DNA from: a virus
Taxonomy: Duplodnaviria; Caudoviricetes
Reading direction: 5' to 3' (one strand)
DNA: 64,000 nucleotides
Virus record (IMG/VR): IMGVR_UViG_3300034171_000062
Span: 64,001 to 128,000 of that record
The notes beneath the pieces are model-generated. The model saw only the letters and a program-made list of their open reading frames with translations. It had not been told where the DNA came from and did no database searches. Made by a program: the position numbers and the translations under genes. Numbering within the stretch: position 1 is the first letter of the stretch; each line of letters begins with the position of its first letter. Below are positions 26,812 to 36,370 of the stretch, piece by piece.

Positions 26812-27816
26812 TTAGGTGAAGTTAGGTAGGTTCCCGGCCGATAGTGCTGAGTTGTTAGCAAAGCTGGCACTGTTGGTCACACTAGCAACGTTCCAGGCAC
26901 TTAGGTTCTGAGCCATGAGAGTGGCGGAGAGGAACATGTAGCTCATATTTGTTACGCTACTGACGTTCCAGGAATACAACGGTTGGTTGAAAACAGCAAC
27001 TGCGTTGAACATACCACTCATATTCGTCACACCACCGACGTTCCAACTGTTGAGGGGCTGGTTGAATACCGAGGCTATACCAAACATGTAATACATGCTA
27101 ACAACGTTACTCACATCCCAATGATCGATGTTGCTGTTGAAGTCGTCTGCATAGTAGAACATTTGATTACAGGTAGCTCCCGGTAAGAAGGTGGGGCCGT
27201 CACTGGCTGAGATGACAAACCCGCGCCGGTACGCAAACATAAAGTCAGCTGAAGCAAACTCTACCACACCCCACTGCATGACGTCTTTGATCTGACGCCG
27301 ACTTTCGGCTAAGGGGTTAGTAAAGCCGTTGATCGTACCATGTACTTCTACCGTGTATTGGCCTGGAGACGTATAATCGTGACTGGCAGCGCCCGTATAC
27401 GACTGGATGCTGCTGCCGTCTCCCCAATCAACCTCAACGGCACTGCCCGTAGCAAAGGCCAGAATCACGTTGGTAGCGCCTGCCGTCGTCCCTTCCGTAT
27501 CGATCAACAACTTCAGTCCGGCACCAAACAACTTACCGGTCGTTAGGATGGTCGCGATGTCATCCCGCACCAAGGCGTTCATACGCGCTGGGTTGGAGAA
27601 GAGTTGGTCGTCGTTCGTCACGTTGGGGTCGTCTTGTTTGACCCGGCCGAGTAAGACGGCGTACTCATCGCCCTTAGTTATGGCCAACGCTTTAGCGGCG
27701 TCTAGGTCGCCTTGGGTAGCGGTAGTGGCGTGGAAGTCAAAGACTGCCTGTTTGTAGTCGTTGACCGCATTGTTCATCTCAATGCGTTTCAAGTCTAAAT
27801 CCGAAAGAGTGGCCAT
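26812..27816 (-). CDS. PKD-domain + DUF285/BspA-like repeat protein, paralog A
   Basis: VDWGDG..ASHDY..PGQY (PKD-like); FNQPLxxWxVxxVTNMSxMF repeats. Confidence 0.85.
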   Translation of the reverse strand: MATLSDLDLKRIEMNNAVNDYKQAVFDFHATTATQGDLDAAKALAITKGDEYAVLLGRVKQDDPNVTNDDQLFSNPARMNALVRDDIATILTTGKLFGAGLKLLIDTEGTTAGATNVILAFATGSAVEVDWGDGSSIQSYTGAASHDYTSPGQYTVEVHGTINGFTNPLAESRRQIKDVMQWGVVEFASADFMFAYRRGFVISASDGPTFLPGATCNQMFYYADDFNSNIDHWDVSNVVSMYYMFGIASVFNQPLNSWNVGGVTNMSGMFNAVAVFNQPLYSWNVSSVTNMSYMFLSATLMAQNLSAWNVASVTNSASFANNSALSAGNLPNFT

Positions 27817-27861
27817 AGCGTCGTCCGTAGGTAATGATATTTGTGTGTGTCATAAAATAGA

Positions 27862-27891
27862 GGCGACATAAGGGGAGGCCGTAGCCTCCCC
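27862..27891 (-). terminator. Hairpin terminator
   Basis: Minus strand GGGGAGGC-TACG-GCCTCCCC-TTATGTCG. Confidence 0.7.
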
Positions 27892-27897
27892 AGCGAA

Positions 27898-28650
27898 TCA
27901 AATCGTGGGACGGGGGGGTATAACAAAGGTCGACTGAAAGTGATCGATGTACCATTTCCAATTCAGACCGATGAAAATCATGTCCCAAGTTTCAGTAATG
28001 GCGAGTCCCTGGGCGTTGGGGTCGGTGTTATCAAACATGGCGTTGACGGCAACGTCTGAGATAGCATCGGCGTATTTGGCCAGCAGACCGTTCAGCTTAC
28101 CCAAATCGCTGTCCCAAGCGGTGTTAACTACGTCGGGGTCCTCTTCCAAACGAGCGCTGCTGGCCAACGTGGGTTCCGGCGTGGCCATTGGGTCCTCGGC
28201 GATGTAGTCGTCGTAGTACGCCAGGGGGCGACCCACCACCGTTTCAATGAACCCGTTCATCACAAAGATCGATTTGGCGTTACTTTGATGGATAGTGCTG
28301 ACGTTGCCTGCCCCATGGCCGTAATGGACCGAGAGAAAGCCGTACAAGCCCGCTACGACGTCTTTAAGCTTTTGCTTGGACAATGGGGCATGTTTCACAT
28401 AACCCATCAGAGCAGCGTTGTAGGTCTCCCAGTAGGGGGTGTACTCTACGACCCCAGGTTGATCGGGTTGTTCCGACCTCTCGTACGTGTAGGCTTCCAT
28501 GGCCAAGAGTTTGTGGTAGAACGGAACGTCGTAAGCACCAACGTCTGGGGCTATGACGGATTGGGTGTGAGGTATGGTCAGACCCAGGGATTGCAGTTCG
28601 GCTCTAAGGTCCTCATCGGCAATGTCTTCATAGGGAATCGTAGCGGCCAT
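27898..28650 (-). CDS. Hypothetical acidic protein downstream of PAAR
   Basis: 250-aa ORF starting 1 nt after the PAAR stop; GGAGA RBS. Confidence 0.75.
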   Translation of the reverse strand: MAATIPYEDIADEDLRAELQSLGLTIPHTQSVIAPDVGAYDVPFYHKLLAMEAYTYERSEQPDQPGVVEYTPYWETYNAALMGYVKHAPLSKQKLKDVVAGLYGFLSVHYGHGAGNVSTIHQSNAKSIFVMNGFIETVVGRPLAYYDDYIAEDPMATPEPTLASSARLEEDPDVVNTAWDSDLGKLNGLLAKYADAISDVAVNAMFDNTDPNAQGLAITETWDMIFIGLNWKWYIDHFQSTFVIPPRPTI

Positions 28651-28651
28651 C

Positions 28652-28957
28652 TCAGTCTCCTGCAGTTGAATCGGGTGAACCGGTAGTTAGAATGTAAGAC
28701 CCTCCAGGAAGGAGACCCACATCCCCTACTCGATGTATGCCTTGTCCTTCGGCTTGGGAGGTGGTGGACGTGGTGGCCACAATGCTGGTGTGCCCGCACG
28801 ACGACAGTCCCAAACTGAGTTTGGTGGTCACCGGGCGACCGTTGGCACCTACGGATTGGGCGCCTGTGATCATCACGGTGACTATGCTGAGGGTACTTGG
28901 GTGGGCTGAACAAAACCCAACGCCAATGTCACCGACCCGACCGTTTGCTTTACTCAT
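28652..28957 (-). CDS. PAAR-like spike tip protein
   Basis: RVGD..C.AH..ITGA.SV..NGRP..SSCGH..IHRVGD..TGSP; directly after the spike gene. Confidence 0.85.
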   Translation of the reverse strand: MSKANGRVGDIGVGFCSAHPSTLSIVTVMITGAQSVGANGRPVTTKLSLGLSSCGHTSIVATTSTTSQAEGQGIHRVGDVGLLPGGSYILTTGSPDSTAGD

Positions 28958-28971
28958 GAGTAAGCTCCATC

Positions 28972-30648
28972 TTAAGCGTAGTAATTAATCAACCCAGGTT
29001 CGTAGTTTCCGTTAAGCATGGTCAACAGCTGTCCGCGTTGATTCGCTTTACTGGGGTCGAAGCTGATGTGGAGCCAGATGGAGTTACCGTGTTCAAAGAT
29101 CAACTGATCACACGGCAGATTGTCGGCGATCCATTCTGCGATCTCCAGATACTTTTGACTAGACCATCCAGCGCCTTGGATGTCTACTGCCATGCCGCGT
29201 ACGTGTTGACTGGTCCCTGTACCAACTCGGAAACATGAGTTGATCGTGAACTCACCCACCTCGTCTTCCAACGGTTGTAGGATTTTCTCTACGAGGGCCT
29301 GCATGTTGAACACGATGTCCTGAGAAGACAGACCGTTTTGAGCCACCACCGGATGAGAGAACGTGGCGTTCAGAGACAGATCTCCGATCGTGAAGTTCGA
29401 GGTCCCCAATTTCAGACTGTAGTCAACCTTTACACCGATCTCAGTAGTAGCCGTTACATCACCCGTCGGTTTCTCAGTAGACTGTCGATTCGAGGACGCA
29501 ATCGGTTTGCCCGTGTACCCAGTTGGCTTGGCGTCGTCTGGATAGAACGACGGGGTTGATCCGATCTCACTCTGTTCGTCCAAGGCGGCGTAACGACCCG
29601 CTTTGACTCGAACCGTTTCTGTGGCCTTGATGCCGTATTCGCGAGTTAATGAGATTGTATTGTCTGGACCCTCGACAACAACTTCCTTCTTAACGGTGCC
29701 GCCGATAGGAACTTTGGTACCGTCCTTAATCGACCCTGGGTCTACAGGACCGGCCATCCCCGCTTGGAAGTTAACCCCCACACCATCGAAGGCAACGGCG
29801 CCGTCTGAGAAGGTAGTGTGGCCACCCACGTGATACTGACCGGCCATGCCTGCAACAAATTCTGTCTTATTGCCCATGACACTGACGTTCCAGTTACCCA
29901 TGACCATTTGATTCAGATTGCCTTCGACAAACATGGTGGTGTCGCCACCAGATGAGATCTGCATCGTGTTGTCGCTGCGGACTCTGACCTGATCCTTGGC
30001 GTACCCGTATAAAGAGGTTTTGTTTAGGGTCACTTCGGTCAGGTCTTTGTTGATGGCCTGAAGTACCGTCTTCGTCGAATCCAGAGTGAGCGTGTTGCCT
30101 ACCTGATCGGTAATGAAGAACTTACCCGCGGCAGTGTCTAACTGTAGCGTGTATTCAAACGGCTCGCCGTTCGCTTGGGTGGTGTGTAGGGTAATGTGCT
30201 TACCGTGGGTGGACACCTCTAACGAATACATGTTCTCGGCCAGATTCAATTCGGCCGCTTCGTCTGGAGTGGCGCTCCACGCATAAATGACGGTCTCCAA
30301 GCGGCGCAGATCGTCGTCTATGCCCATGGGAGTCCAGTAGTATTGATCCACGTCGGCGTATTGCCAGATCAATAAGTGTTCCCCACGTCGGACGTCTGGA
30401 GAGGTCGCCCGATTGGTGCCGTAGGGCAACCAGTTGGCAGTAAGGGTGCTGGAGGTGTTGATCTTAACGGTGTATTGTCGATCGTTTTTATCAACACCGG
30501 ACAACTCCACTTCATCGAGCGACTCTCGGATTTCTCCGTCTGCCGCTGGCATCATCTCCACCGGATAGATGGGCAATTGATGACTGTCTAGTGCTTTGTT
30601 TTCTGCGGCGACTCCGATTGAGACGACGCGCAGTTTGGATTCAAACAT
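28972..30648 (-). CDS. Baseplate central spike (phiKZ gp164/gp5/VgrG-like) fused to a C-terminal peptidase M15 Zn domain
   Basis: OB-fold-like N-terminus (A.WLP...PDVRRGE); beta-helix VEGNLNQMVMGNWNVSVMGN; C-terminal INSCFR..SQHVRGMAVDI..DQLIFEH..WLHISF; start ATG 30648 after AGGAG. Confidence 0.82.
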   Translation of the reverse strand: MFESKLRVVSIGVAAENKALDSHQLPIYPVEMMPAADGEIRESLDEVELSGVDKNDRQYTVKINTSSTLTANWLPYGTNRATSPDVRRGEHLLIWQYADVDQYYWTPMGIDDDLRRLETVIYAWSATPDEAAELNLAENMYSLEVSTHGKHITLHTTQANGEPFEYTLQLDTAAGKFFITDQVGNTLTLDSTKTVLQAINKDLTEVTLNKTSLYGYAKDQVRVRSDNTMQISSGGDTTMFVEGNLNQMVMGNWNVSVMGNKTEFVAGMAGQYHVGGHTTFSDGAVAFDGVGVNFQAGMAGPVDPGSIKDGTKVPIGGTVKKEVVVEGPDNTISLTREYGIKATETVRVKAGRYAALDEQSEIGSTPSFYPDDAKPTGYTGKPIASSNRQSTEKPTGDVTATTEIGVKVDYSLKLGTSNFTIGDLSLNATFSHPVVAQNGLSSQDIVFNMQALVEKILQPLEDEVGEFTINSCFRVGTGTSQHVRGMAVDIQGAGWSSQKYLEIAEWIADNLPCDQLIFEHGNSIWLHISFDPSKANQRGQLLTMLNGNYEPGLINYYA

Positions 30649-30741
30649 GTCACCACTCCTAAATGTTTCTTTCATTACATTAACGGGTTACAGTATGGAA
30701 TAAGACACAACACCGCCACCTTCAGGATTCGAGTGAGCGCT

Positions 30742-33210
30742 ATGTATATCAAAAAGCTAACGCTAGAAGGCTATAAACGCATTCTATTGAGCGACATAAA
30801 ATCGTTAACAATTACGATGGATAATCCCTACCAAGTTATTCTTGGCACCAACGGTAGCGGAAAAAGCTCTTTACTTCGGGAACTGTCTCCCTTACCGGGT
30901 GACCCGAAAGACTACCTCAAGGGCGGTCGAAAAGAAATCCACATAGAACACCACGACATTCAATATATTCTTTCGTCTACGTACAATGGGGCCAAACACC
31001 ACCACTCATTTCTCCAAGGCGGCGAAGAAAAGAACGACGGTGGAACCATCACAGTTCAAAAGGAACTGGTGAAGCAAGCGTTCGGCATCAACGAAGAGAT
31101 GCACAACCTTGTGACCGGTAAGTTGAAGTTGACCAACATGTCGCCTTCCAAACGTCGGGAAATGATCACCTTGATGTCCGATACCGACCTTACCTACGCC
31201 ATGGGCGTCTATAAGAAGCTGGCAACCATTACCCGTGACAACCAAGGGACCGTCAAACACTTGAAGAATCGGATTGCTCGGGAAACCGATAAGCTCCGAT
31301 CCATTGAAACCCACGACGACTTGGAAGGGAGCGTTAAGAAGCTGCAAGAAGAGTTGACGGTCCTTATGGAACACCGCCGGCCAGACCTTCCTCCACATCA
31401 AGACGTAGGACGCCGTTTACAAGCGACTCTCGATGAGGCAGCTCGACTTGCGGAGAAGATCCTGACACATCCCTACCGTGAAGGTGATGTGCACTACGGG
31501 TCACTGGAGGCGCTCTCAGAGGACGTGCAGGAAAAGCGCGGGGAACTGAAGAGTAAGCAAGACCTACTGTCTCACCACGCCAAACAACACCAAGAGTTGG
31601 AATCGGTGGTTGGGTCCTTGTCTGAGAACGGGGTGGGTAATCTGAGCGAGTTGACCGATAAGGCCGAGAAGTTGAAAACTCGGATCTCTGGGATACGTCA
31701 AAAGATCGGCGAGTTCCAGTTCGAGGGCGACTTAACGGATCTGGAAAGCGATGCTCAGTCCATCAAGATACAGTTAGTGGACGTCCTCAGTTCGCTACCA
31801 GACAACGGAGAGCGTCAGTTTTCCAAGTCTAAGTTGGAAGTCGTCGAGACTCGCTTGACTCAACTGCGCTCGGAAGGCGATGCCAATCGATCCAAACAGC
31901 GCCGTGCCGATAAAGAGATCGACCACATCCTCAGCACAAAAGAAAACACCTGCCCTAAGTGCAGTTACATTTGGCGGGATGGTGTGTCTGAAGGTGACGT
32001 TGAGAAACTCAAAGTAGTATCCGGACAATACGACGAGCGGGCTGCCACGGCTGAGAAAGCCTATAAGGAAGCGTATGTGCTGAGGGAGGCAATCCAAAAC
32101 TACGCGCATCAATTCGGGCGCTTACGTACTCTGGCCCACAGCTACCCGAAAGCCCGTAATTTGTTTGACTGGCTGATGGATGACGATCGCATCTACCACA
32201 ACCCGTCGCAATACACCACGGTCATAGACCGCTGGTTAAACGATTTATACCTAGGAGCAGAACTCTCCCGCCAGGAGAAGGAACTGCGCATGGTCGAAGA
32301 GACAGTGACTAAGGCTAAGATGCTCAGCGACACCAACGCCGATCACATAGGCGACAGTCTGGCGGGCCTGCACAAGCAGATTCAGGCGACGTCGGACGAA
32401 GTGCGATTGGCTAAAGACGATCTGACTAAGTTAGAACGTCGGGCCACACATGCCACGCGGGCCGAGAACTGGGGGCGTGAATTGGATCAGTTGTACGTCA
32501 AGATCGAGCAGGACTACCAACTCATGCAAGAGTGTCTGAAGTCCGACACTTTGGCTGGGTTGATTCGAGAGCACCAGTCCGACTTGGCTATCAAGTCTCA
32601 GAAGCTGAACGAAAAGAGTTCCATGGAAGGGATCATCCGCGATTTGGAGCGGTCTCTCGTCGACGTTGATCAGACCCATGAGACGCATAAGTTGTTGTGT
32701 AAGGCTTTGTCTCCGACCGATGGGGTCATCGCTGAACAGATGACGGCGTTCATTAATTGTTTAACCGAACAGATGAACGAGATCTTGGAACAGCTGTACA
32801 GTTACCCGTTGAAGATCCTACCTTGTGGGATTGAGTCGAACGAGTTGGATTACAAGTTTCCGTTAGTGGCGGGTAACGATCAGGTCCATGCGTACGACGT
32901 CAAAGACGGATCGGAAGGACAACAGGAGATCGTTGACTTTGCGTTTAAGTTGGTGGCGTCCTTGTACTTGGGGTTCAACGATTATCCGCTGTACGTGGAT
33001 GAAGTGGGGCAGAACCAAGACGAGACACACTTGGCAAATGTGATGTCGTACATCAAACTTCTGATCGATGCGAATCGACACAATCAGTTATTTATGATCT
33101 CGCACCACGCTGCCGGCCACGGAAGCTTTACCAATGCGGATTACTTGGTGCTTCATGGGGCCAACATCAGCACCCCTCAGAAACACAACGGACACGTTGA
33201 GATGGCGTAA
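30742..33210 (+). CDS. sbcC: SbcC/Rad50-like SMC ATPase
   Basis: Walker A GTNGSGKS, coiled coils, zinc hook CPKC, signature SEGQ, Walker B LYVDE, ISH switch. Confidence 0.92.
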   Translation: MYIKKLTLEGYKRILLSDIKSLTITMDNPYQVILGTNGSGKSSLLRELSPLPGDPKDYLKGGRKEIHIEHHDIQYILSSTYNGAKHHHSFLQGGEEKNDGGTITVQKELVKQAFGINEEMHNLVTGKLKLTNMSPSKRREMITLMSDTDLTYAMGVYKKLATITRDNQGTVKHLKNRIARETDKLRSIETHDDLEGSVKKLQEELTVLMEHRRPDLPPHQDVGRRLQATLDEAARLAEKILTHPYREGDVHYGSLEALSEDVQEKRGELKSKQDLLSHHAKQHQELESVVGSLSENGVGNLSELTDKAEKLKTRISGIRQKIGEFQFEGDLTDLESDAQSIKIQLVDVLSSLPDNGERQFSKSKLEVVETRLTQLRSEGDANRSKQRRADKEIDHILSTKENTCPKCSYIWRDGVSEGDVEKLKVVSGQYDERAATAEKAYKEAYVLREAIQNYAHQFGRLRTLAHSYPKARNLFDWLMDDDRIYHNPSQYTTVIDRWLNDLYLGAELSRQEKELRMVEETVTKAKMLSDTNADHIGDSLAGLHKQIQATSDEVRLAKDDLTKLERRATHATRAENWGRELDQLYVKIEQDYQLMQECLKSDTLAGLIREHQSDLAIKSQKLNEKSSMEGIIRDLERSLVDVDQTHETHKLLCKALSPTDGVIAEQMTAFINCLTEQMNEILEQLYSYPLKILPCGIESNELDYKFPLVAGNDQVHAYDVKDGSEGQQEIVDFAFKLVASLYLGFNDYPLYVDEVGQNQDETHLANVMSYIKLLIDANRHNQLFMISHHAAGHGSFTNADYLVLHGANISTPQKHNGHVEMA

Positions 33211-33211
33211 C

Positions 33212-33241
33212 AGGGAGACCTACGGGTCTCCCTTTATGCCG
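33212..33241 (+). terminator. Hairpin terminator
   Basis: AGGGAGACC-TACG-GGTCTCCCT-TTATGCCG. Confidence 0.85.
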
Positions 33242-33261
33242 CTTCTATTCCTCGATTCAAT

Positions 33262-33290
33262 GGAATTATAGACCTATATCACAGAGGTGA
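33262..33290 (+). promoter_or_regulatory. Putative early (virion RNAP) promoter
   Basis: TATATCAC at 33275-33282 differs by one base from the phiKZ early consensus TATATTAC. It precedes a run of short genes with strong RBSs. Confidence 0.5.
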
Positions 33291-33340
33291 GTTGGTTACA
33301 TTAACCACGTTACCCATACCCTATATAAAGGAATTACCTC

Positions 33341-33562
33341 ATGAAAAACTATTTGCTAGAACGTCCGTTGATCGTCATGTCTGTGTTCATTGCACTCAAC
33401 CTCATAATTGGTGCTTGGTTGTACAGCAACGGTTCTCAGGCAATGGGTCTGATGTGTTTTATGACCGCTGCTATTAACGTCGTTGGAGTGATTGCAGGGC
33501 AACTAACTCTTGTTGCAATCCACTTAATTCAGCGTCGCATTGACTCAGACGTTATTGCTTAA
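33341..33562 (+). CDS. Small membrane protein with two transmembrane helices
   Basis: 73 aa; two hydrophobic segments; AAGGA RBS. Confidence 0.75.
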   Translation: MKNYLLERPLIVMSVFIALNLIIGAWLYSNGSQAMGLMCFMTAAINVVGVIAGQLTLVAIHLIQRRIDSDVIA

Positions 33563-33690
33563 ATTACCTTTAGGAGATTGCCCTTAAGAACTCGGCGGAA
33601 ATGCACGAGGTTCAAATCCCGCCCGCAGACATACTCGATAAATACCCCCATTGTTGAATTACCCCATAACCTATAGAAAGGAACATTATC

Positions 33691-34002
33691 ATGAACTCAC
33701 AAATCCGCACCGAAACCACAGTTGTCTTAGACCGCGAAGTTGATCTACATATCCTCGCGTTGCTGAAAATCAGACAGAAAGCGACCAAGACCGAGCACGA
33801 CGGACTGTTGATCAAGCGCATTACCAGCGTGACTGATAGCGTGAATGCCGAACGCAATGGCGATCGTGAACTGGCATTGAAGTTTGAAGTGTATGGCGAT
33901 GAGGTTGTATCCCGTATGATCGCAACCAAGCGCGACCTCGATAAGTTGAACGTTGCACTTAAAGAAGTTCAATCGCGCCTGAACATGTATTCTAACGATT
34001 AA
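33691..34002 (+). CDS. Hypothetical early protein (coiled-coil C-terminus)
   Basis: AAAGGA RBS; 103 aa. Confidence 0.75.
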   Translation: MNSQIRTETTVVLDREVDLHILALLKIRQKATKTEHDGLLIKRITSVTDSVNAERNGDRELALKFEVYGDEVVSRMIATKRDLDKLNVALKEVQSRLNMYSND

Positions 34003-34031
34003 TAACTCCCATAACCTTTAAGGAAACTGAC

Positions 34032-34379
34032 ATGATCTTAAACACCGCCGTCGATGTCAACATCTTACTCGAGGACCTCGGGGGGAAGTTGACTCCTGTG
34101 CCAAGTACACTACATGTATCCAGTAGCGTTTCAGAAACTCGCAATCAATTCCGCGAACGACTAATGACGTTGGTTGAAGAACACTACCAAGAAGAAGCGT
34201 TGGTTGTGTCTATGATTGTTATTGAACAAGGTGAACTGGGCAAACGAGTCGTCGCGTTGAAACGCCCGTTAAACGAGTCAGACTCGTTAGAATGCTGTGA
34301 GGCAACGAGTCTCGAGATACCTTTTCGAACAGGCGGCAACATACTGCGCCTGATTCCAGAATCTGCACCCCTTCATTAA
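34032..34379 (+). CDS. Hypothetical early protein
   Basis: TAAGGA RBS; 115 aa. Confidence 0.72.
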   Translation: MILNTAVDVNILLEDLGGKLTPVPSTLHVSSSVSETRNQFRERLMTLVEEHYQEEALVVSMIVIEQGELGKRVVALKRPLNESDSLECCEATSLEIPFRTGGNILRLIPESAPLH

Positions 34380-34394
34380 GGGAGAGCGTACGCT

Positions 34395-35003
34395 ATGAAT
34401 GACATCGCTGGAGAACACGAAGTCTATCGGATTTTCACCCAGAAGTCAGAAGAGTTGGACAAGGTGGCGATACATCGAAATTCAATTGTTGGGAGACTGA
34501 TACACCATCCACACATCAAACGTTTTGATGTCACCGACTTAGCGGTAGGTGACTGGAACTTCCAGTGGGTGGCGACCATGGGACACGAGAACCACGGGGT
34601 TCTGATCCTAAAGCCCACCAATCGCCGGACAAAACAGTTAGTGGTAGTGGGGCGTGCCATGTACTTAATCACCAACTTCGGAGTAGAACCCGAGGTGGCG
34701 ATGGGACTGGTCCAAGCGTCTTGGGGCGTCAGACATGCGTCCAACGACGACGTCCTGGGACTGATCGTAGACAGCCTGACACCGGAAGCATGGGACGGCT
34801 ATGAAGACCAACCTCGAGAGTGGGTCAAAGCAAGGCTGGAACGGACCGACAGTGGGTGGGATCGGATGCGCAGTTTGCATCTGAACAAAATCGGTTCGGC
34901 GTACGACGTGGTTCGACATTACCATGAGATCCGGGGTGACAAGCGCAAGGCTCCGCCCTTCCCTGAAAAGCTGCTGCGGCTGGCCATTGCTGGGGAAATC
35001 TAA
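34395..35003 (+). CDS. Hypothetical protein
   Basis: GGGAG RBS; 202 aa; weakly resembles 35735-36301 (FD..L.V.DW.F.W...N...L.P). Confidence 0.72.
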   Translation: MNDIAGEHEVYRIFTQKSEELDKVAIHRNSIVGRLIHHPHIKRFDVTDLAVGDWNFQWVATMGHENHGVLILKPTNRRTKQLVVVGRAMYLITNFGVEPEVAMGLVQASWGVRHASNDDVLGLIVDSLTPEAWDGYEDQPREWVKARLERTDSGWDRMRSLHLNKIGSAYDVVRHYHEIRGDKRKAPPFPEKLLRLAIAGEI

Positions 35004-35007
35004 TCTG

Positions 35008-35034
35008 GAGGACCTTCGGGTCCTCTTATTTTTT
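35008..35034 (+). terminator. Intrinsic terminator
   Basis: GAGGACC-TTCG-GGTCCTC-TTATTTTTT. Confidence 0.88.
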
Positions 35035-35078
35035 GTCGAGACTGTCTTAAGGTATGAGACTATTTCGAGGAATTCATT

Positions 35079-35702
35079 ATGTTACGCAACACAGCGATCG
35101 TTCGCCAGATGGCCGAAGGCCTTAAAATCAAGGCGTCTTACAAGCAAGAAGACAAGAACGACGAGATTGAACGGGTGTACTTTGCCAAGCTCAGCGACTT
35201 TGACCAGCTGAGTAGTGCCCCCCATACCGAAGAACACGAACAGTGGGAATATCGCTTGTTCGAAGACGAGCGGCCCATCGGTACTCTAAGGTCCAGATCC
35301 ATCGACCAAGGCGATCGATACGAACTGACCATCAAGACCTACCGAAAGAACGACGTGGGTTCGGTGGAGTGTAACCTAGGCAGTACTGTGGAAATGCACG
35401 AGGTCATCTCCGCGTTGGCCAACCGAGTGCTCCGTAAGGTCCGTTACGTCTACCCAGTGCCCGTGACCTACCGTGGGGAAGAGATCACTCTTAAATGGGA
35501 GATCGACGTGTTCAAGTTGGCAGATGGGAGTTTTTACCCTTGGGTGAAGGTGGACTTAGAAGTACCCGATCCAGAGGTCAATGCCCCTAAGTTTCCGTTC
35601 CGCGCCGACGAGATCATCGACACCAGCTTTGGCCGCAGCCTCACCGACGACGAACGCCAGACGGTCGACGCTTTGTTTGCCGCCGTTAAATCCAACCGTT
35701 AA
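35079..35702 (+). CDS. CYTH-superfamily (triphosphate tunnel) protein
   Basis: EIER motif, LRSR, LTIK, KVRYVY, WEIDVF and DLEV, in the order typical of CYTH domains. Confidence 0.75.
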   Translation: MLRNTAIVRQMAEGLKIKASYKQEDKNDEIERVYFAKLSDFDQLSSAPHTEEHEQWEYRLFEDERPIGTLRSRSIDQGDRYELTIKTYRKNDVGSVECNLGSTVEMHEVISALANRVLRKVRYVYPVPVTYRGEEITLKWEIDVFKLADGSFYPWVKVDLEVPDPEVNAPKFPFRADEIIDTSFGRSLTDDERQTVDALFAAVKSNR

Positions 35703-35734
35703 CCTTACAGCAACGAACCGCCAGGAGCAGTACC

Positions 35735-36301
35735 ATGAGTATTCGTCTGACCGCCGATACCTTGACGGCAGAGACACTGTCTAAGGTGGCTGTAGAAAAA
35801 GCTGGTCTTTTGGGCATGTATCAGAGAACTGAGTTCGAAGCTTTGACCGTAATGCATTTAGATGACTGGGCATTCGATTGGTTGCCGTCGAACTTGGACG
35901 TCAATGTGGGACGAGTTAAAATGCGCCCCATGACACAAGAAGCCGTTAAACTGTTAGATCGGGGGCGGGCATTGCGTATCACCGAGCGTCACTCGGAGGT
36001 AGGACTGGCCAGAGGCATTGCTTTAATCAAAGCTCTTAAGCGCCACCGACTGGGTATGCACGGCGACGTTCAAGACGTCTTGATCCGCTGTTGGAACAGT
36101 CCAGGAGTAGACACAGCTATGGAAGACGTGTCTAGGTTTCATCGCTGGGTAAAGAAAAACAGTTCAGTGGGCCTGCGCCCAGAACATCGAGTGGCCATCT
36201 ACGAACTATTACCTAAGATCACTCGAGTCATGCAAAGGGACTTCTCGAACGATTATCGAAAAGCCAGAAACAAACGTAAGGTCGAGGCCGTTCAAGGTTA
36301 A
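35735..36301 (+). CDS. Hypothetical protein
   Basis: AGGAG RBS; 188 aa. Confidence 0.72.
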   Translation: MSIRLTADTLTAETLSKVAVEKAGLLGMYQRTEFEALTVMHLDDWAFDWLPSNLDVNVGRVKMRPMTQEAVKLLDRGRALRITERHSEVGLARGIALIKALKRHRLGMHGDVQDVLIRCWNSPGVDTAMEDVSRFHRWVKKNSSVGLRPEHRVAIYELLPKITRVMQRDFSNDYRKARNKRKVEAVQG

Positions 36302-36323
36302 TGGAAACCGTTGTCCCTATAGA

Positions 36324-36361
36324 CGGCATAGGAGGAGGCCGTAGCCTCCTCCTTATTTTTT
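36324..36361. terminator. Bidirectional terminator
   Basis: AGGAGGAGGC-CGTA-GCCTCCTCCT, with TATTTTTT on the plus strand and ATGCCG on the minus strand. Confidence 0.82.
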
Positions 36362-36370
36362 GCTTTGACT

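Noticed and set aside
33570-33635. A functional tRNA gene
   Set aside because: The T-stem is imperfect and no D-arm, anticodon arm or acceptor stem could be built. Kept only as a low-interest finding.
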